Source of the DNA: Geosiphon pyriformis uo1
Lineage: Eukaryota; Fungi; Glomeromycota
Length of the DNA stretch: 64,000 bases
Direction of reading: 5' to 3'
NCBI GenBank assembly: GCA_016748015.1
Contig: JAAOMT010000226.1
Span: forward strand, 1,098,604 to 1,162,603
Shown here: in pieces, positions 44,209-58,700 of the stretch
How positions within the stretch are numbered: the stretch's first letter is position 1
Layout: each line of letters begins with the position of its first letter
Notes under the pieces: generated by a model
Seen by the model: only the letters and a program-made list of their open reading frames with translations
Database searches by the model: none
Told to the model about the DNA's origin: nothing
Made by a program: the position numbers and the translations under genes

Positions 44209-47200
44209 TTAAGATTAAATTATTTCTTAAATTGGCAAATTATTTATTTTTAATTCTGTATATTTTGAATACAAAAATTCTAATTGTAAATTTATAGAAT
44301 TAAATACTCTTATTAGCACTTATATTGACTTTTATTAATATGCTATTTTACACAATTAATGGACTGTCTTAAATAAAATTGTTAAATTCCTTGAACTATT
44401 TAAGAATATTATGGTCAGAATATCAGTCAGATTAAATAATACTGTCTTTTTGATTATTCCTTTTTTTAATATTATTTTTAATTACATTAAAAACATGATT
44501 GATAATAATAAATCTAGTAAAACATTATAATCTTTATTGTATTTATTTAGTTATTTATTTAACATATTTAATATTAGATTTATTACTTGTTGCAATAACT
44601 AAAACAGCAAAAAGAAAGTTGATTAAATATTATTCTAAAACAAATACAACTATAATACTTTGTACTGTATTGAATTCAAGAAAAAAATTTTATTATTTTA
44701 CAAAAAGAGAATTTTTAGATGATAATATTAATAAAACAAAAGAATTATAAATTATTATTTATTTAAACAGTTTTATTTTCTGATTCTTACATAATAAATA
44801 AACCTTTAAAATATATACTCTTTTTAAAATAAAATATATATTAGAGATTATACCAACATTAAATAACAGTTTTTTGTTAAATAACAATTTTAATAATACT
44901 ATAGTATTAGTCACATAATCTATATTAGAAACTAACTTTAATAATAATAATAATAATAAACTTGACAAAATTAATTATTATATCTTTGAAAAAATAGCCA
45001 ATAAGAAAATAAATATAATGACATAATAGAAAGTATATTACAAAAAATATTTATCTAAATTAACATTTATTAATAATTCAATATTTAGGTACATTATATG
45101 CAATTTCTTTTTCTTACATATATGGTTTATAATTATTTAACAATGCAAAAATTATTTGTTGTTTTTAAATGCATTTTTTCTGCAGATAAAAATATAATTA
45201 CAGATATAAGGTCTTACTTATGCCTAAAATTATAAAAGCAATACAGTGTCTTCAATTATGAATACAAAAACCATTAAAAAAAAATTAAATAATAAGATAA
45301 TATAATATAATGTTTTTAATAATCAAACTTGAATATGTTTATGAACTTTGAATTAAATTTAAACCAAACTTGTTACATGTGTTTGGATTTGGTTTAAGTT
45401 TAGTAATTTTAAGTTTAATTTGAGTACAAATTCGAAATTTTGCCAAATCTTTTGTTTGAGTTTGGTTTAGTTTGGTGGTTTAATTAAACTTAAATCAAAC
45501 CAGACTAAATATTAGAACTCTAAAATTAATATTATGAATAAATTTATATTAGATATTTTATTATTATTTTGTATAATTAATTTACAGTATTATTTTATTA
45601 AATTTACTAGATTAATTAAATATATATAAAAATTTTATTTTATTTATCTATTATATATTGCTTTAATTTATTCAAAGTTTTAAGTATTTTAATTTTATAT
45701 TTTTTTTAATAATATTCTATAAATTTTTAATTAAATTTAAATTTAAATTGCTAAACAACCAAACCAAAACTTTAAAAATATATTTTTTAAAAAAAGTTTA
45801 AGTAAAACAATTTGTGTATTTTAGATTATTATTTTATTATAATTATAATTATTATTTATTAAGTATTTTTTTAATTTTTAAAAGATATTAATATAAAATT
45901 TTAATATAAAATTTAGCATTTATTGTTTTTTAAAAACAAAATAAACTCGTTTAAATTAACTTATATTGAATTTAAAAATAAAAATTTACTTTAAAAAAAA
46001 TTTTATGGAAAATTACAATTAAATTATTATTTATAATAATTTTATTTAACTATTTAATAGTTTTATTTAACACTAACTGGTTGATATTTTCAAAAAATAA
46101 TTAATTTAATATAAAGTCAAAAAAAATATTTAACAAAAAAGTAATCAAAACAACCAAAAAATTAATTAGCTTAATAAAAAATTTAATTAAAGTTGTCAAA
46201 TCTAAAATCTAAAATTCCAGAAAATTTAACTTGGATTTAATTACAAAATTAATAACAAAAGTAATTAAAAAGGCAGCAAAAAAAACCAAGAAAAAAAACA
46301 TTAATATATAACTTTATATTAACAAAAAATGATTTAACAAACTTAAAATTATTAATAAACTTAAAAAAAAACTTAAAAATAAAAAATAAAAAAACCATAT
46401 AATTTAAAGCTAAATAATTTAAACTTTGATATTTAAAGTGATATTAATATTTAAAAATTTTTATTAAATACAATATTTGTATAAAATATTAGTTTTTAAA
46501 ATACTTAAAGTTTTTAAAAATTAAAAATTATAATAATAAAGTGTTAATAATAATAAAAATCAAAAAAGCAAAAAATAAAATATGTATAATTATCAACTTA
46601 AAAAATCAAATCATTAATTTTAAAAACAGTAAAATCAAAAAAATTGATTAATTTGGCTTTAAAAGTATTTTTTAAAATAATAATTTTTTTTAATACAAAT
46701 TAATAAATAAAAGTAACAATAATAGAAAAAAAAGTTTTAAAATAAATAAAAGCATATTGCTACAAATTAATAGACTTTAATTTAACTAAAATAACAATAC
46801 TAAAAACACTAAAAGTATTTTTAATATTATTAACAGATATATTAAAAAAAATATTATAAAATACAATAATAAATAAAAAAAACAAAAATTACTACAAAAA
46901 ATTTTCATATATTTAACATAAACAAAAAAATTTTAACAATAGCAACTAGAAAAATATCAGAAGCAAAATTTACATAAAACAACTTTATATTGTTATTTAA
47001 AATTAATTTAAGTCTAACATAACTAAACAATAAATAAAACAAAAAATTAATTAAAACCAATTTGATCCTAAAAATAATATTAAATATTAAAATAAAAGTT
47101 ATCTATTCAAAAAACTTTTAACAATTGAAAATTGTTTTTTTAGATATTACTAAAAACAATACCAAAAAACAAAAAAGAAAAAGTTAATTTAGTTTTTATT

Positions 47201-48165
47201 TTATCAGTTTAATTCTTAAAATTAAGTAATTTAATAAGTTAATTTGCTTTTAAAATTAATAATAATTTGTTAAAAAACATTATATTTAATAATATAACTA
47301 ATAATTAATTTCGATTTATTTTAAAATATATTATTAATATTATTTTTTATATTAAAAAAAAGAACTAAATATTGTTAAAAAAATTTTTAGTATAATAATA
47401 GTAAATATAAGTAATTGTTACTGTTTTTTAGAGTTTTTAGTCTTTTTGATTATTTATAAAATAATAAAAAAAATAAAAAAAACCAGTTTGTTTACTAATT
47501 TATTATTAAAAACCTTAAAGCTTTTAAAGAAAACAAAAACAATATTAAAATTAATTTTAATATATCTCTTGAAAAAAACTTTGAATAAAAAAATTATTAT
47601 TCAAAAATAAAAAAAGCTTTAAAAGCTATTAAAAATAGTTTTTTATTATTAATATTTAAAAAAAACATTATTAAGATATTTTGTACAAATATTATACAGT
47701 TGAAATTGGTGTCAAAGTTCAAATAAACCTGAATACTTAAAGCTTTATTACTGTTTAAAAACATCTGACAGTTCATTAAGAAAACAAATTTATTATTAAG
47801 TTTTATATATAAAAACTTAAAAATTTTAGACACCAAAATTTCTAACTTATGAAACCTAAAAGATTCTTTGATAAAAACACCATTAAAATTTTTGAACCAT
47901 ATTTTTTTAAACATCTTATTGGCTAACAAACACATCATTTTATGGATTACATCTCACATAACATTTAGATCTGAGAATTTTTTAAATACAATAAACTTAT
48001 CAGAAAACATTACAATATTAGTCAACATAGTATCTTTAAACTTGATCTATTTAATATTATTAGCATCTCTAAAATCAAAATTTTAACAATTTTTATTTGT
48101 CTATTTACAAAAAAAATTCAAATGCATATCTAATAAATCACTTAAATTTACAGAAATAAAGATAG

Positions 48166-50482
48166 TATTATTTATAAAAAAGAACACAAAAAAAAGATAG
48201 AAAAACCAAATTATAAAATAGATTAATAAAAAAATAATAATTAATAAATAAGCATATTTTCAGAAAGTAACATAGAAAAAAAATAGAAATTTGTAAGATC
48301 TTATATAATATAAATTATGTATATATAGTAAAAATATTAAAAATAGAAAAAACAGAATAATAGTTAAAGACAAGTAATTATCAAATACTTTTCCCTTTAA
48401 AAGATAGTTTTTTATAACTTAAAGTAAAATCATATTTATATTAATAAAAATATTCATTATTATTCAATTTATATTGTTATTTTTTGATTAAAAAATATTA
48501 ACTATTTTTATACTATTAACAATTCATGTTAATAAAATCTGATACTTAATCACACTAGAATAATAGCTCTTAATTATGGCTATTGACAGAATACTAATTT
48601 TTTATTTTTTTTTATTTTTTATTTTATTTTGGTTTTTTTGTTGTTTATTAATTAATTAAAAAAATTAAGCACTAAGTAATTGATATTAAAAATAGTTTGG
48701 TAAAAAACCTGTAAAACAAGAATAAAAAACTTAAAAATAATTTACCAAAAAGACATGACTATTAAATTAAATTGGCCACTATACTAAAAAAAAAATTCAT
48801 AGAAAAAACATTAATTAAATTTCTGTTTATTATACAAAAGATTCAACCAAAATTTTCAGATCTTAAAATTTTCAAATATTATTAGCATTAATAGTTATTG
48901 AATACCAAATTCCCTCTTTTGTAGAGGATTGTGCTGGTTCTGATGTTTATCTGTCTCATGGTTTTGGTGTGGTTTGTGACACTCTGCTGACTGTTGATAC
49001 CGCTTGCCTATCTGTGTATACAGATGGGTCTCTAAGTGGTCTGGGCACTGTTGATGTGAAAGCAGGTGCTGCCGCTTTCTTTGAGGACATTAACTTGGGT
49101 TTGGATGTTGGGGTGTCTGGTTTGGTTTCTTCTACTCTGACAGAATTACAGGCAATTGCTTTGGCTCTTGAGTGTGTTTCCTCTTTTCAGTCAGTTGACT
49201 TGTTTTCGGACAGCCAAGCTATTGTGGATGCATACAAGTCAGAGTCTTTGTTGGTTTATCTAGATTTTAGAAACCGTTGTTGTATTGAGCACCATCATAT
49301 AGTTGATATTATTTATTGTAAGAATTTGGAAGTGAATTGAATTAAAGTTAGGGGTTATTCAGGCATCCCAGACAATGAACGTGCTGATGCATTTGCTAAG
49401 GAAGCCACTTTTTCTGCTTGGCACCTGCTTTATTTGGTCGGTGAACATTTTCTGAAGGTGGGTGGTATCATGGTTTCTGGTAATTCTAGACACTTTGTTC
49501 GTGATGTTTTCTGTTCAGTTCATTGTATTTGCTGGGAGGTTGGGTCTAACTCTTGGGTTGTGGTAAATGATTTGCATACTAATATTAATTGGTCCAAGTC
49601 TTCTCTGGTGTGGCACTCTGATTCTCACTTGGCTGCTGGTTTTACTAGTGCGTATATGGCTGGCTTTCAGACCTACTTTATGAAGGCCCTTTATCATTGG
49701 CTCCCAGTTGCTGTGCATAAGCATTTGTATGATAGGGAGTAATCCAGTATAGTGTGTTTGTATTGTGGTAATGTTGAGATCTCAGATCATGTCTTTTCTT
49801 GTTCTCATAATGCTACTGGTTGTGCCCAATTGTTGGACATTCATGCTTTGGCTTGGGCGGCTTTTTCTGGTCTGTCTCAGTCTTCTTCATGTGTCTCACA
49901 GCTGTTGGATTCCTGTGTTTCCAAGGTTGGAGTTGGTGCTACTCTGTATAAGGGCCTTGTTTTTAACGATTAGTATTGTGAATCTGTCTCGGTTTTCAAG
50001 AATTCTGAGGTTGGGGCTAGTAAAATTGTGGATTTTGTACATGGATTCTGTCTTGCATTTTGGGATGACATTTGGTTGGTCTGTGCCAGGCACTGGACAT
50101 TTATGGAAAAGCATGGTTTGATTTCATGTGATGGCTCCGCTCCCACTTTGGTTTCTGGTTTGTTTATGGTTTTTTCAACTGGTGTAGTTAGATTGCTAGA
50201 TGTGGCTGAGGCTTTTGAAGTTGGTTTTGGGTTTTGTAAGTTTTGTCCATTTTTTTCAGGTATTGGGGATTTGGTTTCTGTGCATATAGGTATATAGTGT
50301 AGTCCTGACTGGCCTAAGTGGCTGGTCACGTGTAGAAAGTGCATGATTCACTCTTAGTTTAGATTATTTGTATGATGTAAGGCACTAGGTCGCGTTTGGA
50401 CCTTACTCGTTAAAAAAAAAAAAAAAAAAATACCAAATTACAAATTTGTTATTTATCTTAACACAAATAATTATCTGTAACA
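48166..50482 (+). repeat. Decayed solo LTR split by a younger LINE
   Basis: Starts tattatttata (decayed tgttactcata), ends ctgtaaca; flanks ATAG/ATAA. Confidence 0.8.
48912..50428 (+). mobile_element. Young 5'-truncated LINE (RNase H, CCHC, 3' UTR, poly-A) with ~11-bp TSD
   Basis: VYTDGS..AGAAAFF..SSTLTELQAIALALE..FSDSQA..NERADAFAK; CLYCGNVEISDHVFSC; A-run at 50412-50430; TSD aataccaaatt. Confidence 0.92.
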
Positions 50483-53400
50483 ATAATCTAATAATTAATA
50501 TTAAAGTATTTGCTAACTTCTAAAACTTCATGATTTACTACTGTATTAATCAAATTTAAAGAACAAATATATAATCAATTGTTTTTTTAGCATTTTTAGA
50601 ATTTTTTTATATGAATATTTTATTATTGAGCTTTTTATTAAAGAATTAATCAGTTTTAAATCAAGATATTTTTTGAAGTTAACACATCTATAAGAATTAT
50701 TTTTATTAAAATCACCACCCAAAATTACAAAAAAAGATTTATTTACAGCTTTTGTAATCAAGAAATTAACTTTTTCTGCTTAAACCAAGTGTATTATTAA
50801 AGCAACACCAACATATAGTCCCAAAATTAAAACAAAAAATTTATTTTTAAAAAGCAGTTTAACAAACAAAAACTGGTTAGCAATCTCAAAAATTTTGTAT
50901 ATATGTTTGACCAGTACAATATTTATAATAACTATAATACCAGAATCTAAGTAGCCAAAATTCATATCTAAAATAAATATTTAAACATCATTAAACTTGT
51001 TAAAAATTTATAAATGTGTTCTACTTTACAATTTTATTTTAGTAACAATAAAAATTAAACTGTTTATATTTCTATGTCAATAAATAATATTCTTTTGTTT
51101 AACAAGATTGTTTATATTTTTAATATTATATATAGCAATTTTTTAGACAAACTCAATTATTAAGAAGAAAAATTTTCTGGTCTTAAACTAACATTTTTTT
51201 ATTTTGGCCAAAAGATTTATTATTACTTTTAATAAATTATTTATATTATTTTCTAATTTAAAAATAACTAAAGGATCAAAAAATACTATTCTTATAACAG
51301 TTTTATTATTAGTAAATACATTCAAACTTCTATTTATTACTACATATATCTTTTAATTCTATAATAAAAAAATCATTAATAATTAATATCTAGATATAAA
51401 CTAAAAAATTATTGGTTTAAATATATTTAATCTCTTAACCAGCTTGTTTACTTGCTCTACAAGACTAATAAAACTGTATTTAAAAGTAGTAAATCTATTA
51501 CTAATATTCAAAACAACTAGCAAAAAAGGTTTAACATCCAAAGATAAACCAATATCAAAAAAAACTAAAAGCATTACATAAAAAAAAGTTATCAACAATC
51601 TGAACTTATGTTTTATTATTAAATAAGACTAAATAAGCAATTAGTATCTGTTTTTTCATATATATATTTGTTAACTGAACTTAATTTTAAGAATTAACCA
51701 CTTTTTTTTATCACAATTATTCAAGTTTTTATTAATTAAATACACACTAGAAACATGACCAAATTGTTTATACTAAGTACAACAGATTAAAAAAGACCAG
51801 TTTAGTATAAATTCACATTCTTAAAAACTAGAACAGAACTAATAATAGTTTTTTTTGAATTCTTATTTCCAAAACAAACAACAACACATTTGTTACAAAC
51901 ATATGTATTTAGATTATAATTAATGATACAAGTTTTTTTATCATAGAAAGCCAACAATTTAAAAAACTTATGTGTACTTGTGCTAACTGGCAAAGTATAT
52001 AATAAAGCCTGATAAAAATTTTTATATATTTATGTCTGTATATTATTTATAGTCTTAATCATACAAACAATTTTTTTCATAAGCATAAACTATTTAGAAG
52101 CAATTAAATTAGTAATATTTAATGATTTAAACTTTATTAAAGCCTTTTGCCAAAAACCAATAAGCTATATTTTAATTGATACAACTTTGCCAAATTTAAA
52201 AAAAACTAATCCTACAGCTAATTTGAAAAGATTAACTGGAATTTTTTTAACAATTATTTTCTAATCTGTATAATTGTTTAATTTTTTAATATTATTATTA
52301 ACAAAATTTTTTCACAGATTGTTATATTTTTAGCTTTTTTAAATTTAGTTCAGATATAAAAGTTTGATTTAATAATACCAAAAAATTTTAAGAGAATTAA
52401 AACTTTCTCAAAACTATTAACACAATAAAAATTTTTTTTACAGCTATTAACTTATTATCAAAAGTTTTTATAAATACAACAGATATCTTAATATTTAGAG
52501 TAAAAAATTTTATTGAATTAAAACTTTGTTTTTTTAAAGCATGTAATTTAATAAGTGACAAATGTTTAGAACTAAAAAACTTAGAATCTGGAAGTGTCAA
52601 AATATTTTTATTGTTATTACTTATATTGTCAAAAAATTTTTTTTTTAGTTAACTGCTCAAAACATATGTTCTGATATATGTTTTTTTAGATATAATATTA
52701 TTTATTTTATCTTTTATCTTTGAAATATTTAAATCTACATATCTAGTTTTTTTTGCAATTGTATTTTTTATGTTTTTTATATTTAAAATTCCACTAATAC
52801 TACTCATTTTGCTCACAACTTTACTGTTCCAAAATTTAGTAAGCTTAATATTATCTATTTTCAAATCAACAAAATTAAGAGAACTAATAAATAATTTAAC
52901 CAAACTAGTTTTAATAACAAATTTCTTTAGTTTTTTTGTAAAAAACATTATAAGAATAAATATTTTTTACTCATTTTTTTTTTGTATTAGAACTGATTTT
53001 CAACTTAATAAAATCAGAATTTGACTTATTAGTAAAAAAGCTTGCCAGTTTTATAGTTACAAACAAAAGTGTATTAAAAAAATAACTATAAAACTAAAAG
53101 AAAGAAGGAATAAAGAAAAATATTTTTTTAGTATATCTTAACTTTTATTGTAATTAGAAAATTAACAAAATTTTTGTTTTTTTTAGAATTATAATTTAAT
53201 TTAATTTTTTTTATTTTATTTTGTCTTAATTAATTTTTTGTTTGTTTATTCTATTTTTTAATTAAAAAGCTATAGTATAAATATATATTTCAAGTTATAT
53301 ATAATTGTGTTTATTCTAATTAATTAGTAAATAATTACTAAGTTATTGAGTTTTCTATTTGACTATAAATGTCTTTTGGCTTATTTGTTTGTAATTATGT

Positions 53401-53559
53401 TAAATTGGATATGTTTGTATACATTTTACATATTATTGTATATATGTTATATATATATTTTATTTATTGTTTTGTGCTATTTATATTGTTATTTAATAAT
53501 TAGTTAATATATTATAATATTATTATTTTGGATTTTTGTTAATTTTTATTGAATAAAAC

Positions 53560-54060
53560 TACTTTACAAAATAAAAAAAAATAAAAAAAATAAAAAAAAA
53601 ATAAAAAAAATTAGTATTTTGTCAATTATTATAATTAAAAGCAATTATTCTAGTTATTATAGTTCTAAAAACATTTATGTTAATTGTATCTAATTTGAAA
53701 TAAAAATAAAAAACAATAATTAATTAGATTCTATAAATAATAAGTTATTAAAGCCGAATATTTTTGGTTTGATTTAATAATACTTTTATTAAAAAAATAA
53801 ATAATAGATAATATAAAAAATTTTCTGAAAAAATAATAAAAGAAAGTTGATTTTTTATTTGCTAAAATTACATATTTTTATATATATTTTAATTTTACAA
53901 AATAGCTTTTAATTATTTGTTATTATTAACTATTATTTATTATTTTTATTATTGTTTTTTTTTTACTATAACTAGTTATTTTATATTATTATATATTACC
54001 TTATATTATTTTATATTATTTTGTATTATTTTATATTATTATTATGTGTTAATTATGTTT
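53560..54060 (-). repeat. Highly decayed LTR remnant
   Basis: Reverse-complement LTR block aaattagtattttgtcaattattataattaaaagcaattattc. Confidence 0.35.
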
Positions 54061-54069
54061 TTTTAATAG

Positions 54070-54967
54070 TTTTAAATTGATTTTTTACTCAGATAACAGC
54101 ATATAATTCTGTAAATTAGGAATATTTAAAAAATAGTTTAAATAAAATTAAAATATATAACAAATTTATTAAATTTTTTAATAATATTTATAATAATTAG
54201 ATTAATTGAATTATAACTAATAATGGCTTAATAAATAAATATTATTTTTATAATAAACTAAATTAAGGTTTTTTATTTTTTTTAACACTTTTTTTATAAT
54301 TTTTTTTTGTGTAAAGTTAAAAAAAATATGTATAATTATAAAATTAATTCTAAGTTTGTTGTTAAGACTAATTAAATTAAAATCTAAGCTAGTTTAATAT
54401 TATTTTTTGTTATTAATAGCTTTGTTAATAATACAATTTAAGTAAATTGTAATCAAATAACAACCCAGTATATTTTAAATATTATAAATAAATTTTTTTA
54501 AATCTATAATATTTTAATTAATAATAATAAGATAGTAATCATTCCAATTAACTACAAAGCAATAAATTTTTTTTTGTCAATTAATGAGCTGCCAATTTCT
54601 ATTGCAAAAAAATATTACAAATATTTAAACATTTTTTTGTTAATAAAAAATTTGTTAAAACTTAATTTGATAAAAACTTATTTAAATATTAAATTTTTTG
54701 CTAATATTATATTAAAAAAAACCATTTCTAATAAACAATTTTTGTGTTTGATCTTAATAATGTTTTATTTTATTATTTGTTATAAGACTCAGTTTAATTT
54801 TGTTTTCAATAATATGTATAATAAATAAAATACTATAATTTATAAAAACTTACAATTTAAATTTTGTTTATTTTTAAACTTTTTGAATAATATTATTTAT
54901 TATTTTTTTTTATATGGTTTTAAAACTTTTAAACAGATATAAGCTTAAAGCAAATTAGTTTTTATGC
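54070..54967 (+). mobile_element. Decayed LINE RT fragment, cut by the copy C LTR
   Basis: ORF 54574 SINELPISIAKK..YLNIFL..FFANIILKKTISNKQF matches 23896-24150 on the minus strand. Confidence 0.7.
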
Positions 54968-55781
54968 TGTTACAGATGATTATTTGGGGTTTCAAACAAA
55001 TAACAAATCTATAACTTGGTGCTCAATTGATATAGTAGTATTGATGATGTTAGTTTCTAAAAGTTTTGGATTGGAATTCTTTGTATAATGAACAGAGATT
55101 TGGCAGTAATGATAATAGTTTTCTGGAATTGTAGTTTTTGCTCAATTTTTTTCTTAGCTTGGTAGTCAGATTTATTTTGGCAATTATGCCCTTCTGGTAA
55201 GCTATCCATTAATATATATGTAATTTTACCCTTATTTCTGAGTCTTTTACCAGACTATCCTTGACATTAATAATTTAGCACTTAATCTTTAATCAATTAG
55301 TAAAACCCAAAGAAATAACAAGAGAAAATAAAAGAGAAAATAAAAAAAGATAAAGAAATAAGCTAAGACAATTGCAAGTTAATATTCTATTAATAGCTGT
55401 AATCAAAAGCTATTGTTCCAGTATAGTTAAATATCAATTACTATCAACATGAAGTATTGATAGTAGAGAGTAGATTAAGATAGTGAATAATTATTTATTA
55501 ATATTTGTGATGCAGAAGATTGCTTAGATCAAATTTAAATTGAAAGATCTGTCCTTTTCTTCTTCTAATACTACCACTATATATACATAATTAATGTTCT
55601 ACAAGATTTCTCACATTCTTAAGCAATATGCTATAATTTCTTGAGCAATGCTCACATTGTTGAGCAATGTGCTCTAATTTTCTAACATTGCTCCATATTG
55701 CTAAGCAATATGCTTATGTGCTAACTACTATTCCCTTATTGGTCTACTATTTTCTATATCTGGTTTCTTTTATGAGTAACA
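54968..55781 (-). repeat. 3' LTR of copy C (814 bp)
   Basis: PPT aaaaaagaggaaataa followed by TGTTAC at 55781; ends GTAACA at 54968. Confidence 0.9.
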
Positions 55782-58700
55782 TTATTTCCTCTTTTTTTAA
55801 TATTGAGCTCTATCAAAATCTTCAGTTTAAATTATGTCAAATACTTTTTTTTCAAGTAGCACCTGTTTCATCCCACTCTTTATTTCTTCAATTTGTGAGT
55901 TGTTCATTCTTCCTCATTAGTTGATGGTTATTGTTTCTATGTCAGAGTGTAACAATACTTCTAGGTAGTTTTAAAATATAGTGTGTATTTAATAAATGGT
56001 CTTAATATGTAATGTCAAGTTTGTTTTCTTTTTGATAATGTCTTTAATGTTCCAGATTATCTCTTGATTGAAGATTCTTTTGGGTTTGTCAAGATATAAC
56101 TTCTGAATATCCACTTTTTGTTCCAATTAATAGTAGCAGTATGGTATTAGAAGTTGGTCTATTCATTGATTCCAATTTTCTTTTATTAGTTCTTCTGTTA
56201 AAACAATAATGATTGTCTTTCCAAAAGTGTTCTTTACTTTCTCAACTATTTTATCTGACCAGTTTATTGATTGTTTCTGTAATCACTAGTATGGTGTACT
56301 TTTCTCTTTTTGTTTGGTATTTTGATAACAGATTGTTTGGTTATTGATTATAATTTCCATATTTACTTGCTGTTGACTTAAAGCCTGAAACAATTGTTGA
56401 GCTAAAGTGTAAATATAATCTGGTATTTCCATTTTTTTTTGTTGCTTTTGTTGTGTATATCATGTCTTTATATATTTTTTTAGTTGTTCAATTTGACATG
56501 TTTGGTTCAATAATTATAATTGGTTCCAGATCTTGTGGAATTTCATCTGGTTGAACTAGTATTCTCTGTGCTCCCAGTTGTAAAATATTACTGGTGGATG
56601 CTAATATTATGTTTTGATATGATTTTAGTCGATCTCCATGTGCTGCTTTGGTTAAGATTTTGTTGTTCAACCTTAATTTATAAGCTCCATTTCCTAGAAT
56701 TTCTTCTATGTAAAACAGTTTGTCCCATTTGGGGTCAAATTTTCCACTCCATTGTTTTTCTGCTTTGGTACGATGTAAAAGTACTTTGTCTTCAATTCTG
56801 AATTTAATTGGTTTATCCAGTAGTTGGTTATCATGTCTTTCTTTTTGTTTCTCTTGTGACTTTTGGATGTTATTAGCTGCTTTTTACCATTTGTTTTTTA
56901 GTGTTTCTATTAAGTCATATGTTTTTTTCAACAATGTTTTTTGAAAATTCTCTTCTGTTATTAGTTCTGTTGAATATATTTTGACTTCTATTTTGACTGG
57001 TAATGTTGCTGTTCTACTATATACTAATTCAAATAGTGTTGCTTGTGTAGTGTTTTGCTTCATTGTTTGATAAGCAAATAAGACTAATGGTATAAACAAA
57101 TTCTATTCATTCTGGTTTTCTTGGCTGATCTTGGCTATTGCTTCACACAGTGTTCTGTTGAATTTTTCAACTAACCCATTTGTTTGTGGATGATATAGTG
57201 ATAATAATGGTCTTTTATTCCAAATTTTTGACTCAATTCTGTAAATGTTCTATTCACAAAGTAAGTTTCTTGATCAAATAACAATTCTCTTAGACATCCA
57301 TGTTGACAAATCAAATCTTGATAAATAAATTTAGCAATGAATTCTGCATCTGCTCTTTGAATGACTTTTGCTTTTGACTATTTTGTGAGATAATTCATGA
57401 CTACTGCAATATATTTGTTTTCTTTGCTGGTTATTATTAATAGTTCAACTAAGTCAATTCTGATATAATTAAATAGTTGTCTAACTTTGATTGGTTTCAA
57501 TGGTTTACTGAGTTTTATTCCTTTTTTTTTCTGACAAGTATCACAATTTTGAATATATTGGATGATGTCTGGATATATTGATGGCCAATAGTATCTTTTT
57601 CTGATTCTTTCCATGATTGCTTCTTTGTGAAAATGTTCTGCTGTTAGATCTGAATGCATGTTGAATAATATTGTCTCTTTCTTTGATTCTGTGATTACTT
57701 TGGTTGGTTAATCTGGATTTTTTTATTCTTCTGGTAAAGTATATTTTGATGGTTAATAAAATATTTTGATTGTTGTTTTATGTTATTTTGTTCTTTTTGA
57801 GATAATTTCTCCTTGAACAATTGGGTATTTATATAATATTGAAGTTGTTGGTATTTTTGTATATTTATCTTTTTGTTATATTTTTGGGTTGAAATGTTTT
57901 TAGATTTGTCTCATTTGCAACAAACTGTCAGCATTTCCTTTTTCTTTTTCTTTTTTGTAATGTACTGTATAATTAAATAATGAAAGTTTTATTTTTGATC
58001 TGACATAGCAATCATTTCCAAATTCTTGCTTCTGGATTGAAATCAATCCTTTATAATCTGTGTACACCTCAAACTTTTGACTCAGGTATTCTTTCTATTT
58101 GATAACAGTCCAATAAATAGCTAAATATTCTAGTACTTGAGTTCTATAGTTCTTTTCAGCTGGACTTAAGCTTCTACTAACATAAGCTACTGGGTGTTTT
58201 TATCCATCTGGTCTTTTCTGAGATAATACTGCTCCTAATGCTTGACCAGATGCATCAGTAATAATAATAAATGGTTTGTTGTGGTCTAAATAGATTAATA
58301 TTAGGACTTGAATAAGTTTTCTTTTCAGTGTATTGAAGGCTTTTTGTTGGATTTCCATCCATTTGTATTTGGTGTTCTTTGTTTGAAGTTGATGTAGTGG
58401 TTGGGCTATTTTGGAAAAATCTTTAATAAATTGGTGGTAATATCTGGCAAATTCCAAGAATGCTCTTAATTCTGTGAAATTATTTGGTACTAGAAAGTTT
58501 TTAACAATCTCAATCTTGTCTGGATCTGTTTTGATACCATTTTTGCTTATAACATGTCCCAAAAACTTGAGTTCTGTTTTTCCAAAGAAGCATTTGTTGG
58601 CATTTAATTTCAATTCTGTTTGTTTGAGTCTTTCAAATACTTGTTGGAGATGATACAGATAATCATTAAATGTTTTGAAGAATACATTGGTGTCATCCAA

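Larger units (their letters stand above)
40327..45522. mobile_element. Fossil hAT-superfamily DNA transposon containing two solo LTRs
   Basis: Perfect 8-bp TSD AAATTAAT (40319-40326 and 45523-45530); ends TAAGATTTCAAT and revcomp TAGAGTTCTAAT both derive from TAGGGTTCCAAT by transitions only; decayed gaacc/ggttc-type subterminal repeats; transposase not readable. Confidence 0.7.
47600..53170 (-). mobile_element. Old, heavily decayed LINE (5' UTR, ORF1, endonuclease), interrupted at 48166-50482
   Basis: Colinear with 25400-29090; GGDFN endonuclease motif in ORF 50546-50761; sequence rejoins across the inserted LTR. Confidence 0.8.

Noticed and set aside
39635-47938. Short F/I/K/L/N-rich ORFs in the ORF track
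   Set aside because: Compositional artefacts of AT-rich decayed repeats or antisense frames.
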